Part shown: in pieces, positions 1 through 11,400 of the stretch
Layout: every line of letters begins with the position of its first letter
Position numbering within the stretch: position 1 is the first letter of the stretch
Origin: a virus
Virus record (IMG/VR): IMGVR_UViG_3300044611_001420
Length of the DNA: 64,000 nt
Reading direction: 5' to 3' (one strand)
The notes under the pieces: model-generated
What the model saw: only the letters and a program-made list of their open reading frames with translations
The model's database searches: none
What the model was told of the DNA's origin: nothing
Position numbers and translations under genes: made by a program

Positions 1-1
1 G

Positions 2-247
2 AGTGGTCTTGCATTTACTTGTTCAAGTCAGTTTATAGGACTTACTACTACAATTTTTCCATCACCTCAAAAGTCTTTTGTTATAGATTCTATTATTGGG
101 AGTGTAGGAACATCAAAAACGTTTGTGACCAATTCTGGTATAACCATTGGTATTGCACACACTTATGTAAGTGGTGGTCAAGTGGGTCCGTTGCAAATGG
201 AATTCCTTTGTAGCATTCTTGAAACTAATGTATCTGGCATTGTATAA
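2..247 (+). CDS. 3' end of small virion-associated protein, paralog of 6633..6986 and 24819..25148 (partial)
   Basis: Frame 2 is open from the window start to TAA at 245-247 (SGLAFTC...HTYVSGGQV...CSILETNVSGIV). The SILETN ending matches SVLETAKG and SILETLN of the paralogs. Confidence 0.75.
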   Translation, partial: SGLAFTCSSQFIGLTTTIFPSPQKSFVIDSIIGSVGTSKTFVTNSGITIGIAHTYVSGGQVGPLQMEFLCSILETNVSGIV

Positions 248-249
248 TT

Positions 250-2298
250 ATGACAAAGTATTTAAGTGGAAGAGTAAAAAGAAGGTCACAGTCCGATTTA
301 ACAAGTGATAGATATAAGTACTTAGCAATAAATCAAGCAGAACCAAATCTTGGAGATCCTTCTTTACTGGAACAATCTCTTCCTTTTGGTCAACCATATC
401 AAGTTGTTTCAGTACCTGGATATCCAGGACAACGATATTGGATTCCACCTGGAGGTGGATTGATACCTGGTTCTATTAGTGTTTATGATGAAAATATTAT
501 TGTCCCCAGTAATGCTGGTGTGAGTAGCATTACTCAAATAAATTTTGTTGGATCTGCAATTAGTGTAACTGGTTATTTAAATGCAGATAATTCCCCAGGA
601 ACTGGAGTTACTGTTAGAGTTTTTGCTCCAGGAAATAATCAACAAATATTTTTTAATAATAACAATGAGTTTGGAACTTCTTCATTATTGATTTTTGATA
701 ATGTTACTGGAATTTTAACAGCAGGAAAATCCATTAATGTTGGTATTGGTGCCACTGTTTTGACTGCAACTTTAGATGGTTTAGTTGGAATTAGAACTGC
801 AACCCCAACAGACCCATTAGACGTAAATGGAAATATAAGACTTCGTTCTGGTCTTAAAGATTTTAATAACAATGTAGGTATTGAAAGTTCTATTCTTGTT
901 TCTACAGGTGCTGGAGTTTCTTGGACCTCCCCTTATGCTGCTGGTCTTCAGGGTCTTCAGGGACTTCAGGGCACTCAAGGAACACAGGGAACTCAAGGTA
1001 CTCAAGGAACACAGGGAACACAGGGAACTCAAGGTACTCAAGGAACACAGGGAACTCAAGGTACTCAAGGAACACAGGGAACTCAAGGTACTCAAGGTAC
1101 TCAAGGTACTCAAGGAACACAGGGAACTCAAGGAACACAGGGAACTCAAGGTACTCAAGGTACTCAAGGACTTCAGGGAACACAAGGAACTCAGGGCACT
1201 CAAGGCATCTCTGGGGAAGGAGGTGCTCAAGGAACTCAAGGAACTCAAGGAACACAGGGTACTCAGGGAACTCAAGGTACTCAAGGTCTTCAGGGAACAC
1301 AAGGAACTCAGGGCACTCAAGGCATCTCTGGGGAAGGAGGTGCTCAAGGAACTCAAGGAACTCAAGGAACACAGGGTACTCAGGGAACTCAAGGTACTCA
1401 GGGAACTCAAGGTACTCAAGGTATCTCTGGTGGAGGAGGTGCTCAAGGAACACAGGGTACTCAGGGAACTCAAGGTACTCAAGGTATCTCTGGTGGAGAA
1501 GGTGCTCAAGGAACACAGGGTACTCAGGGAACTCAAGGTACTCAAGGTATCTCTGGTGGAGGAGGTGCTCAAGGAACACAGGGTACTCAAGGAACTCAAG
1601 GTACTCAAGGTACTCAAGGAACACAGGGTACTCAAGGAACTCAAGGTACTCAAGGTCTTCAGGGACTTCAAGGAACACAGGGTACTCAGGGTACTCAGGG
1701 TACTCAAGGAACTCAAGGTACTCAAGGAACTCAAGGTACTCAAGGCACACAAGGTACTCAAGGTGCTACAGGAACAGGTACTCAAGGTACTACAGGAACA
1801 GGTACTCAAGGTACTCAGGGCACTCAGGGCACTCAAGGAACTCAAGGTGCTTCAGGTGTTAGTGTTAGTGGAAGTATTATACAAGTTGCATATGCAACAT
1901 CTAGTTTAACGAACTCAACAACATCAACATCTTTTCAGGCATCAAGTTTAGCAGTTTCAATCATCCCAAACTCTACTTCTAGTAAAATACTTATAATTTC
2001 ACATTTCTCAGCAAATCAAGAAACTCAAGCATCAAGTGGAGATGGTGGATATTTTTCTATTTTTAGAAGTGGTACTAATCTTGGAGATGCAACTTATGGT
2101 ATGATATTTGTAGGTACGAATTCACCACCAGTTTATTCAGGTGCATCGCTCACTTGGATAGATTCTCCAAGTACAACATCTTCTGTAGAATATAAACTTT
2201 ATTTTAGAAGTAAATTGGGAGGAACTGTAAGTGCTCTAACTGGAACTGGTGGTGAAACTAGAGCAGCATCAATTACGGCAATGGAGATAGTAGCATGA
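250..2298 (+). CDS. Collagen-like tail fibre protein with C-terminal globular tip domain
   Basis: N-terminus (KYLSGRVK...SDRY...NQAEPNLGDP) is shared with 6992..8434; central G-X-Q tract; tip domain GSIIQV...DSPSTTSSVEYKL...SITAMEI. Confidence 0.85.
   Translation: MTKYLSGRVKRRSQSDLTSDRYKYLAINQAEPNLGDPSLLEQSLPFGQPYQVVSVPGYPGQRYWIPPGGGLIPGSISVYDENIIVPSNAGVSSITQINFVGSAISVTGYLNADNSPGTGVTVRVFAPGNNQQIFFNNNNEFGTSSLLIFDNVTGILTAGKSINVGIGATVLTATLDGLVGIRTATPTDPLDVNGNIRLRSGLKDFNNNVGIESSILVSTGAGVSWTSPYAAGLQGLQGLQGTQGTQGTQGTQGTQGTQGTQGTQGTQGTQGTQGTQGTQGTQGTQGTQGTQGTQGTQGTQGTQGTQGLQGTQGTQGTQGISGEGGAQGTQGTQGTQGTQGTQGTQGLQGTQGTQGTQGISGEGGAQGTQGTQGTQGTQGTQGTQGTQGTQGISGGGGAQGTQGTQGTQGTQGISGGEGAQGTQGTQGTQGTQGISGGGGAQGTQGTQGTQGTQGTQGTQGTQGTQGTQGLQGLQGTQGTQGTQGTQGTQGTQGTQGTQGTQGTQGATGTGTQGTTGTGTQGTQGTQGTQGTQGASGVSVSGSIIQVAYATSSLTNSTTSTSFQASSLAVSIIPNSTSSKILIISHFSANQETQASSGDGGYFSIFRSGTNLGDATYGMIFVGTNSPPVYSGASLTWIDSPSTTSSVEYKLYFRSKLGGTVSALTGTGGETRAASITAMEIVA
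943..1863 (+). repeat. Gly-X-Y (GTQ/GLQ) 9-nt tandem repeat with GISGEGG-type and GT interruptions
   Basis: ggNacNcaR units visible directly. Confidence 0.95.
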
Positions 2299-2603
2299 CA
2301 ATAGAATCAAACTTTTTTTATAAGGCAATTTCATCTTTAGCACCAAAATCACAATGGTTTTGTATTGATTGTGATTATGAACAATTAAAGTGGTTTTCTG
2401 AAGATATTCCAAAACCAACTTTTGAAGAAATTGAAGCAGAGATGCAACGACTTCAAGCAGAATATGATCACAATGAATATCAAAGACTTAGAGCAATAGA
2501 ATATCCATCTTTTGCTGATCAATTTGATCTCTTATATCATGGTGGTTATGATGCTTGGAAAGCAGAGATTGATAAAATAAAGCAAAAATATCCAAAACCG
2601 TGA
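2295..2603 (+). CDS. XkdW-like small tail-fibre-associated protein
   Basis: AISSLAP...W...KPT.EEIEAE...YQRLRA.EYPS..DQ.DLLYH...KYPKP pattern; overlaps the fibre stop codon. Confidence 0.7.
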   Translation: MTIESNFFYKAISSLAPKSQWFCIDCDYEQLKWFSEDIPKPTFEEIEAEMQRLQAEYDHNEYQRLRAIEYPSFADQFDLLYHGGYDAWKAEIDKIKQKYPKP

Positions 2604-2632
2604 TATAATATATACTGAAGATACTTTTTATT

Positions 2633-3059
2633 ATGAGATTTCATGTTCTTGGTTTACCGCACACGGTTTCTAGTAAAGATTTTAATGCCTGTGCATATAC
2701 TCAAAAAGTAGTTAAATTTTGTAAGATGATGAGTGCTCGTGGGCACTATATTATTCATTATGGTCATGAAGATTCTGATGCAATTTGCAATGAGCACGTT
2801 TCAGTCATTACAAATGAGGACTGGCAAACTTGTTATAGGAACTCCTGTTGGATATTTTGAAGAAAATGGAAAACATGGTGGAGGAATTTTAGTTCCTTTA
2901 GATGAATTAGGATTTCTAAACGAAACTAGAAAAAATTTACTATACTATAAAGATAATCCAAAGGAATATAAAGAAAAATGTGAAGAGATACAACATTATG
3001 CAAGAGAGCATTATGACTGGGGTAAAACCATACATTCTTGGGTTGAACTGTTTTCTTAA
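2633..3059 (+). pseudogene. Internally deleted, frameshifted GT4-type glycosyltransferase remnant
   Basis: N-terminal piece MRFHVLGLPHT...HYGHEDS joins out of frame near 2830-2840 to a C-terminal piece VIGTPVGYF...AREHYDW...WVELFS; far too short for a GT-B enzyme. Confidence 0.65.
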
Positions 3060-3208
3060 GAATTGAATTGGTTGACAGGACCCCAAATTGGTTCTATAGA
3101 TATAAATTAGAAAAATATCTTCTTCTACTGTTAATATTGGAACTGTTTAAAAATGCTCCATAGAATGAAACCTATATATTATAAGAAAAAAAGTACCAGC
3201 AATAAGTA

Positions 3209-6200
3209 ATGACGGACAGATTTCCACTTATAGCAAATCCAACAACTCAACAGATTGAGGAATTAGCACCTGGAGATAATCTCAATTTACAGAATAGTGG
3301 AATAGTTGGTGCTACAACTATAACCGCAGATAAGTTTGTTGGAACTCTACAAGGAAACGCAGCAACTGCTGATAGATTAAATAATGCTGCGAATATAACT
3401 GGTGGATTTATTAGTAGTTCTAGATTATCTGGTTATTATGGAATTGATGTAAATAGTGCAAATATACTTACGAATGCTGCAAATATTGCTGCAGGAACAA
3501 TCAGCAGTGCAAGATTATCTGGTCATTATCCAATTTCTGTTGATTCTGCTTCTTCTTCTGATGCTTTGACTGATGCATCAAATATTACAGGTGGTATAGT
3601 TCCTTCCGAAAGGTTAGAGGGATTTTACGACATTAATGTAGGAACAGCAAACACTGCAAACATTATTACTCCTGGAAGTTTTCAGAATATTAGTATTGGA
3701 GGAAATGCTGCTACTGCTACTACAGCAGTCAATCTTTCTGGTGGAACAGTTTCTGGTGTTGATTTAAATATTAGTGACATTGGTACAATTGGAACTTTAG
3801 GTGTTTCTGGTTTAACAACAACAACTAACTTAAATGTAACCAATTTAGCATCAATTGGGTTTGCTTCTGTAGGAGTTGCAACGATTGGATTTGGAACATT
3901 TACAAATGTCAGAATATCAGGTGCTGCTACAATTGGGTTCTTAACAGCAACTAATGCTCGTGTTTCTGGAACTGCTACTGTTGGATTTTTAACTGCAACT
4001 AATTTAAATTCACCCAATGCAACTTTGGGAATTGTTACTGCAAATACACTCACTGGTCTTAATACATTATCTTCGTATGATGCAACCCTTGATTTTATTA
4101 ATAATACTAGGATTACATCGGGTTTATTGGTTGGAACTGCAGCATCAATTGGAATTGCAACAATAGGATTTGGAACTTTTACAAATGTACGAGTATCGGG
4201 AATATTAACTGCAGGTACATTTTCTGGTAATTTTAGTGGAGGAATAGTTGCTGCTGCTGCTTCTATTGGAATTGCAACAATTAGTTATGCAAATGTCGGA
4301 CTTGCATCAATTGGTATTGCAACTGTAGGATTTGCCTCTGTTGGTATTGCTACTATAGGATTTTTAACCGCAACTGATGTTCGTGTTTCTGGAACTGCTA
4401 CTGTTGGTCTTTTAACTGCAACAACAATTTTCACTAATAATTATCTTGGAAATGGGGAATCCATAGTAGGTATTGTAACTCAAATTAATATTGGGACCGG
4501 TCTTACTTTAACATCTACACAAACAGCAGGAAAGGGAATAGTTAATGTAGGAATTCGCACTACTATAGGAAAAACAATCTTTGTTTCCTTTGAAGGAAAT
4601 GATTCAAACACTGGATTGTTGAATAATGATGCAAAGAAAACTATAAAAGCAGCAGCAGCACTTGCTTTACCTGGAGATACAATTAAAGTTTTTCCAGGAA
4701 CTTATGTTGAAAATAATCCAATAGTTTTATCAAAAGATGTTTCAGTGGAAGGAACAGAGTTGCGTAACTGTTTAGTTTCACCACAAAACACTGGACTTGA
4801 TTTATTCCACGTTAATAATGGATGTCATTTAACAGATTTAAGTTTTGTTGGTGCTCCATCAACAAATGGTGCATCGGTAGTATCATTTCAACCACTTGCT
4901 GGAGTTTCTACTCATAGATTTTTTGATGCTGCAAGAATGATTCGTATGAATCTTGATTTTATTTCTGAAGAAACTGTAGGATATTTAACCAGCACAGATT
5001 ATAAAAATCCTATATTTAATTCTGGAATAAGTACAATTAGAAAAGGTGTTGTATCTGCATTAAAGGCAGTATGCCATGACATTACAAGGGGTGGAAATTC
5101 TAAGTGTGTGGTTGCAGGAAAATCATATTACACTGCAGGAGGAGCACTTCAGAATATTGTTGGATTTAAAACCGAAACAATAGATGCCTTTAATTATGCA
5201 GTAGGAATTGCAAGGTCTTGTATTAATAATGTTTCTTTTGCAAAAACAAGTGGTGGAAATTATCAGTCTTATTATACACAAGTAAAGGATGTTTCCATTC
5301 AAGCAGATTCTGCAACTGGATCTAATACTAATTTAAATTCTTGTTCAAATGTAATTTCTGCATTATATTCTTGTGTTGGAATTGTGACTACAATAATTAA
5401 TGATGGTTTGAGTGCTCTTGGTGGAGCAGGAATTAATACAACACTACCATCAGCATATGATGGACAATCAAGTAACAATTGGTCCAGCACAAAACTTGAA
5501 GGAACAACGTTCTCACCTGGTGTCGGAATTATTTCAAAAGGTCCTTATATTCGCAACTGCACAAATTTTATACCAAATAGCATTGGATTAAAGGTAAATG
5601 GTTTTGATGCAGAACCTGGAGATGAAATTGATAATGGCATTCAAGGTTCTATGAGTGTTGATTCTTATACACAATATAATCAAGGTGGTATTGGAGTGTC
5701 AATTACCAATGGTGGTTATGCTCAATTAGTTTCTATCTTTACAATTTGTGATGATATTGCGATTTATACATCTTCTGGTGGTCAGTGTGATATTACCAAT
5801 TCTAACAATTCATTCGGAACTTATGGATTATATTCAAATGGTGTAGGGGATTACTCTAGTAGATCAATTTTTAGATATACTGGAACTGCAAATACAAATG
5901 CTACTATAGGTCAAAATATAATTACAGTTTCTGGTTTGGGAACCAATAGACCATATCAAGGGCAAGCAATTTATTTTGGAAACTTATATTATTCTGTTGA
6001 ATCTATAAGTGTCACTGATGGTGGTTCTGGTTATACATCGGAACCAACTGTTACAATTAGTTCTCCAACTGGTCCAAATGGAATTACTGCCGAGGCATTT
6101 CCTGTAATTGAAAATGGAAAAGTAGTTTCAATTAATGTTATTAGTACTGGTAATCAATATGTAACTGCACCAACTGTAACGATCAGTGGTCCTGGTGCTG

Positions 6201-6631
6201 GGGTTACGGCAACTGCTTCTGCAAATCTTGCACCAATATATTATAAAGTTGATGGTGCAACTTTACCATCTGCTGGCATTTCAACTATCACATTAACTGA
6301 AAATCTAAATAATACAGTCAGTGCAGGAACTACTGCTTATTTCTCTAGAATGAGTTTGCAGGTTGCATCTACAATATCATTTGAATATATAGGAGCAGGC
6401 AATGCAATTGAATCTGCAAGACCATCTAAAGGTGGTGTGACAAGACAACAGAATGAAGTCGTTAGGATAAATGGAGGAGAAGTTGTTTATACTAGTACTG
6501 ACCAGTCAGGAAACTTTAGAATTGGTGAGGGAGTAGTTATCAATCAATTAACTGGAACCATTAGTGGAAGATCCTTCAGTCAAAGTTTGTTAAATACAGT
6601 AACACCTTTACTCATTGCATTAGGAAGATAA
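3209..6631 (+). CDS. Large virion structural/fibre protein with pectin-lyase-like parallel beta-helix
   Basis: GNDSNTG...TIKAAAA...GDTIKVFPGTYVE beta-helix start; GIATIGF repeats; C-terminal half paralogous to 23002..24816. Confidence 0.8.
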   Translation: MTDRFPLIANPTTQQIEELAPGDNLNLQNSGIVGATTITADKFVGTLQGNAATADRLNNAANITGGFISSSRLSGYYGIDVNSANILTNAANIAAGTISSARLSGHYPISVDSASSSDALTDASNITGGIVPSERLEGFYDINVGTANTANIITPGSFQNISIGGNAATATTAVNLSGGTVSGVDLNISDIGTIGTLGVSGLTTTTNLNVTNLASIGFASVGVATIGFGTFTNVRISGAATIGFLTATNARVSGTATVGFLTATNLNSPNATLGIVTANTLTGLNTLSSYDATLDFINNTRITSGLLVGTAASIGIATIGFGTFTNVRVSGILTAGTFSGNFSGGIVAAAASIGIATISYANVGLASIGIATVGFASVGIATIGFLTATDVRVSGTATVGLLTATTIFTNNYLGNGESIVGIVTQINIGTGLTLTSTQTAGKGIVNVGIRTTIGKTIFVSFEGNDSNTGLLNNDAKKTIKAAAALALPGDTIKVFPGTYVENNPIVLSKDVSVEGTELRNCLVSPQNTGLDLFHVNNGCHLTDLSFVGAPSTNGASVVSFQPLAGVSTHRFFDAARMIRMNLDFISEETVGYLTSTDYKNPIFNSGISTIRKGVVSALKAVCHDITRGGNSKCVVAGKSYYTAGGALQNIVGFKTETIDAFNYAVGIARSCINNVSFAKTSGGNYQSYYTQVKDVSIQADSATGSNTNLNSCSNVISALYSCVGIVTTIINDGLSALGGAGINTTLPSAYDGQSSNNWSSTKLEGTTFSPGVGIISKGPYIRNCTNFIPNSIGLKVNGFDAEPGDEIDNGIQGSMSVDSYTQYNQGGIGVSITNGGYAQLVSIFTICDDIAIYTSSGGQCDITNSNNSFGTYGLYSNGVGDYSSRSIFRYTGTANTNATIGQNIITVSGLGTNRPYQGQAIYFGNLYYSVESISVTDGGSGYTSEPTVTISSPTGPNGITAEAFPVIENGKVVSINVISTGNQYVTAPTVTISGPGAGVTATASANLAPIYYKVDGATLPSAGISTITLTENLNNTVSAGTTAYFSRMSLQVASTISFEYIGAGNAIESARPSKGGVTRQQNEVVRINGGEVVYTSTDQSGNFRIGEGVVINQLTGTISGRSFSQSLLNTVTPLLIALGR

Positions 6632-6632
6632 A

Positions 6633-6986
6633 ATGGCAGTAGTAGCACTTAATACATTTAAAACTGTAAGAAAAAATTTAACCACTTCCAACGTTGGAAT
6701 TTATACTTGTCCATCTGGAGTTGCTTCAATTGTAATTTTGGCACAAGTAACAAATGTCTCAACAGGATCAACCACTTATACAGTGACTGCTGTTCATTCT
6801 AGAAGCACAGAATCTCCCACTGATTATAAATTTGCAAATAATGTTTCTGTTCCCCCCAATGATTCTGTAAATTTAATTCCAGACGGAAGACTTGTGTTGG
6901 AAACTGGTGATGTAATTAAAGTTTCGGCAAATTCTGATGATAATTTAAATATTGTGTTGAGTGTTTTAGAAACTGCAAAAGGATAA
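6633..6986 (+). CDS. Small virion-associated protein (~117 aa)
   Basis: LNTFKTV...YTCP.G..SIVILAQVTN...GRLVLETGD...SVLET; paralog of 24819..25148. Confidence 0.8.
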   Translation: MAVVALNTFKTVRKNLTTSNVGIYTCPSGVASIVILAQVTNVSTGSTTYTVTAVHSRSTESPTDYKFANNVSVPPNDSVNLIPDGRLVLETGDVIKVSANSDDNLNIVLSVLETAKG

Positions 6987-6991
6987 TATAA

Positions 6992-8434
6992 ATGTATAAT
7001 TACACTTCCGGAAGAGTTAAAAAAGAAACAAGAACAGGAATCACATCCGATAGATATGAATTTTTAGGATTAAATCAAGCAGAGCCAGATCTCGGAGATC
7101 CATTGGTTGGTCCTTCTTCAGTTGGTGCAAATCCAGCACCACCTTCAATATCTGGTGATCAATATTTACTCGTTGCCAATAAAAATAATCCGGGAAAAAG
7201 ATATTGGATTGCATCTTCTCAGGTATTGACTGGTGGTTTAATTCCCGGTTCTTTCACTATTTTTGATGATAATATTCAAGTAGGAGCAGCAAATAGTTTT
7301 AATGTTTTTAATTTAGTTGGTGATATTGTGTCAGTAGATCCAGTTGGTTCTGGGGTTTCCGATCAAACTGGAATTGCGACAATTAGATTTTCACTAAAAG
7401 CGCCTGGTCAAGCAAATCAAATAATGTATCACGGAAGTGGTAATTTAATTAGAGCAGCAAGTGGATTTGTATATTCTTCAGGAAATATTGGAATTGGAAG
7501 TAATTCTCCAACTGAAATACTGGATGTAAGTGGAAATGGTAAGTTTCTTGGATCTGTAAGTGCTTCAAGTTTTGTAGGTAACTTAACAGGTACAGCAACT
7601 ACTGCTTCTGGATTAACTGCAACATCAAATATAAACACTACTGGTATTATAACTGCTTCAAGTTTTGTAGGTAACTTAACTGGAACAGCAACCACTGCTT
7701 CTGGTGTTTCCACAGAAATAAACATTAACACTACTGGTATTATAACTTCTTCAAGTTTTGTAGGTAACTTAACAGGCACAGCAACCACAGCAACCATAGC
7801 ATCTACAGCACTTGGAGTATCAACATCAATTAGCATCAATACCACAGGAATTATAACTTCTTCAAGTTTTGTAGGTAATTTAACTGGAACAGCAACTACA
7901 GCAAATAATGTAAGTTCTAGTATTAATATAAACACTAGTGGAATTATAACTGCTTCAAGTTTTGTAGGTAACTTAACAGGCACAGCAACTACAGCAACAA
8001 ATGTAATTAGTGGTTTTGCATCTGTTTCTTCATTGAATGTCTCTGGCATAACTACGATTGGAAGTGCAACAACTTCCACAAATACACCATTACAAGTTGA
8101 AACTTATGGAGTAAAAACAGGAACTGGTAATTTTATTGCTTCAGTTGGAATTACTACATCCATAGATAGTTTTTCCATTACAACTACAGACTTCAAATTA
8201 GTTGAGTATTCTGTTCATATTGGATTTAGTAGCAGTATTCAAGTTCAAAAAGTTTTAATTATGCAAGATGGCATTATTGCAAATGCTGAATCTTATGGCA
8301 TTATGTATAACAAAAATGCTTTGGTTGCAATTGGAGCAACTTTGGATGGGACTGACTGTAAATTGCAAGTTACACCTCAGTCTGGAGTAAATGGAGTGAC
8401 CACATATAGATTCGTAAGAGGAAGTTTATTATAA
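6992..8434 (+). CDS. Tail fibre-like protein with Thr/Gly-rich shaft repeats
   Basis: N-terminus shared with 250..2298; about six ASSFVGNLTGTATTA repeats. Confidence 0.8.
   Translation: MYNYTSGRVKKETRTGITSDRYEFLGLNQAEPDLGDPLVGPSSVGANPAPPSISGDQYLLVANKNNPGKRYWIASSQVLTGGLIPGSFTIFDDNIQVGAANSFNVFNLVGDIVSVDPVGSGVSDQTGIATIRFSLKAPGQANQIMYHGSGNLIRAASGFVYSSGNIGIGSNSPTEILDVSGNGKFLGSVSASSFVGNLTGTATTASGLTATSNINTTGIITASSFVGNLTGTATTASGVSTEININTTGIITSSSFVGNLTGTATTATIASTALGVSTSISINTTGIITSSSFVGNLTGTATTANNVSSSININTSGIITASSFVGNLTGTATTATNVISGFASVSSLNVSGITTIGSATTSTNTPLQVETYGVKTGTGNFIASVGITTSIDSFSITTTDFKLVEYSVHIGFSSSIQVQKVLIMQDGIIANAESYGIMYNKNALVAIGATLDGTDCKLQVTPQSGVNGVTTYRFVRGSLL
7561..8000 (+). repeat. 81-90 nt tandem repeats encoding NTTGIITASSFVGNLTGTATTA
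   Basis: Repeated gcttcaagttttgtaggtaacttaac units. Confidence 0.9.
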
Positions 8435-8458
8435 TTAATTTATCATTTCAAATGAAAA

Positions 8459-8466
8459 CATAAATA
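8459..8466 (+). promoter_or_regulatory. Putative T4-type late promoter (CATAAATA)
   Basis: One mismatch to TATAAATA; 13 nt before ATG 8480. Confidence 0.55.
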
Positions 8467-8479
8467 CTTAAAAACTCTC

Positions 8480-11400
8480 ATGGCAGATAAAGGTTTCGGT
8501 TTAAATCAACTAAATTTTACTGGAATAGCAGGAACTTCATTAATTGAGAGTGGAGATACTCTGCAGGTAAATGCTCCTTTATTTTCTGTTAGCACAGATT
8601 TTTCTGTCGGTGGGAAGGTAAACTCAAATATAATTCTCTCAAGTTCTTATTCTATTGGTATTGGTTCTACTCAACCAAAAGAAAAACTTGATGTTTTAGG
8701 GAATATAAATGTTTCTGGTTCAGTAACTGCAACATCTTTTGTGGGATCTGGTACTGATCTCATTGGAGTAGCAAAAAATACAATATCTGCAATTGACGAG
8801 AATAATTATTATTATCCAATTCTGACTCCATCTTCAGCAAATGCTGGTACTTATTCAACAGTTGTAGTTCCATCCAGTAAACTTGTTTTTAACCCATCAG
8901 GTTTGTTGGGAATTGGAAGCACGACTCCAAATTATAATTTAGATGTTGTTGGTACTGGAAGATTTACAGGAAATTTAATTGCTTCAAGTTTTGTAGGTAA
9001 CTTAACAGGTACAGCAACTACTGCTTCTGGATTAACTGCAACATCAAATATAAACACTACAGGAATTATAACTGCTTCTAGTTTTACTGGAAATCTTACA
9101 GGTACAGCAACTACAGCATCCAATGTAAGTTCTACTATTAACGTAAACACTACAGGTATTATAACTGCTTCTAGTTTTACTGGAAATCTTACAGGTACAG
9201 CAACTACAGCATCCAATGTAAGTTCTACTATTAACGTAAACACTACAGGTATTGTAACTGCTTCTAGTTTTACTGGAAATCTTACAGGTACAGCAACTAC
9301 AGCAACAACAGCACTTGGTGTATCAACAACAATTAGCATTAATACTACAGGAATTATAACTGCTTCTAGTTTTACTGGAAATCTTACAGGTACAGCAACT
9401 ACAGCAACTACAGCAAATAATGTAAATTCTAGTATTAATATAAACACTACAGGAATTATAACTGCTTCAAGTTTTGTAGGTAACTTAACTGGAACAGCAA
9501 CTACTGCCTCAGGATTAACTGCAACATCAAGTGTAAACACTACTGGAATTGTAACTGCTTCTAGTTTTGTAGGTAACTTAATTGGAACAGCAACTACAGC
9601 AGTTGGTTTAGGTACAACATCAAGCATTAACACTACAGGAATTATAACTGCTTCAAGTTTTGTAGGTAACTTAACAGGTACAGCAACTACAGCAACTACA
9701 GCACTTGGTGTATCAACAACAATTAGCATTAATACTACAGGAATTATAACTGCTTCAGTTTTAAGAGTTGGAACTAGTGTAACTGAATCAATTGGAATTA
9801 CTACAAATATTATTAGTGGTGGAAATTTATTACTCATAAATCCTGCCACCGTAGGAGTTTCTACAGGAACAGTTAGAATCCTTGGCAACTTGATTGTTGA
9901 GGGAACAACATCCACTACCCAAGAATTAGTATTAACTTCTTCAGATAAACTTATAGCAGTTGCAAGTACAATAGGAAATGATATTGACTTAAATGGAGCT
10001 GGAATAGGGATTGGTTCTACATCTGTAAGAAAATTTATACGATGGCATTATGCATCTAACACATTAAAGAGTTCCGAGAATTGGAATTTAGAATCAGGAA
10101 AGACTTATCAAATCAATGACACTTCGGTTCTTACATCAACAACATTAGGTTCTGGTGTTACTATCTCCAGTATTAGAAGTGTTAGTTCTGGAATCATAAC
10201 TGATAGAACAGAACTTACTTCTGGTCAGGTATCTGGTAGTGACTATTTGTTAATTTACGATGTAAGTGACCCAACAAACTTAAAGAAAGCAACAATTCAA
10301 AATGCTGCTCTTCAAGGTCTTCAGGGAACTCAGGGTACTCAGGGTCTCCAGGGACTTCAAGGTACTCAGGGAACTCAAGGTACTCAGGGAACTCAAGGAA
10401 CTCAAGGCACTCAAGGTCTTCAGGGAACTCAAGGCACTCAAGGTCTTCAGGGAACTCAAGGTACTCAGGGAACTCAAGGAACTCAAGGTCTTCAAGGTCT
10501 TCAGGGAACCCAAGGTACTCAAGGTGCTCAAGGTCTTCAAGGTCTTCAGGGAACCCAAGGTACTCAAGGTACTCAGGGATCTCAAGGTCTTCAGGGTACT
10601 CAGGGAACTCAAGGTACTCAAGGACTTCAGGGTACTCAGGGAACTCAAGGTACTCAAGGACTTCAGGGTACTCAGGGAACTCAAGGTACTCAGGGTACTC
10701 AAGGACTTCAGGGTACTCAGGGAACTCAAGGTACTCAGGGTACTCAAGGACTTCAGGGTACTCAGGGAACTCAAGGTACTCAGGGAACTCAAGGTCTTCA
10801 GGGAACTAGTGGAACTAGTGGAACTAGTGGTTCTTCCAATTGGACTGCAGTTTTAGTTAATGTGACGAGAGATTCCTCCGACCCAACAAAATTCACCAAA
10901 ACTGGTGGTTCTGATTCTACTTGGGACTCATCTGTTTATTCAGAACAAGGTTTTGTTCTTGGTGCTTACATATCATCAAGAATATCATCAACAAGTGGTA
11001 GTGCTATAGTTGGTCTAGGAACAAATCCATCAGCATCTAGTAATCAAAATTTTGATTACGGTATGTATTTGGATAATGGTGACATCAAATCAATTGAAAA
11101 TGGTTCTGTTACTGGTCTTGGCACTACATATGAAATTAGTGATTATCTTTCAGTTACTTATGATGGTGCAAATATTAGATACTATAAAAATTCATCTTTA
11201 CTGAGAACTGTTGCCCGTTCTACAGGAAATGCATTATATCTTGATAGTTCAATTTTTACATCCAATCTTGCATTTGAAGACCTTGTATTTGGTCCTATGG
11301 GACCTCAAGGTACTCAAGGATTACAAGGATTACAAGGAACACAGGGAACTCAAGGTACACAGGGAACTCAAGGTACACAGGGAACACAAGGAACTCAGGG

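Noticed and set aside
19-213. 64-aa ORF from the track
   Set aside because: The frame-2 ORF (2..247) has paralog support; this frame has none.
3072-3100. TTGACA-17-TATAGA promoter
   Set aside because: The -10 lacks the critical final T and no gene follows closely.
3682-9915. Minus-strand ORFs 3682..4053, 7429..8079 and 8932..9915
   Set aside because: Antisense shadows of Thr/Gly-rich repeats.
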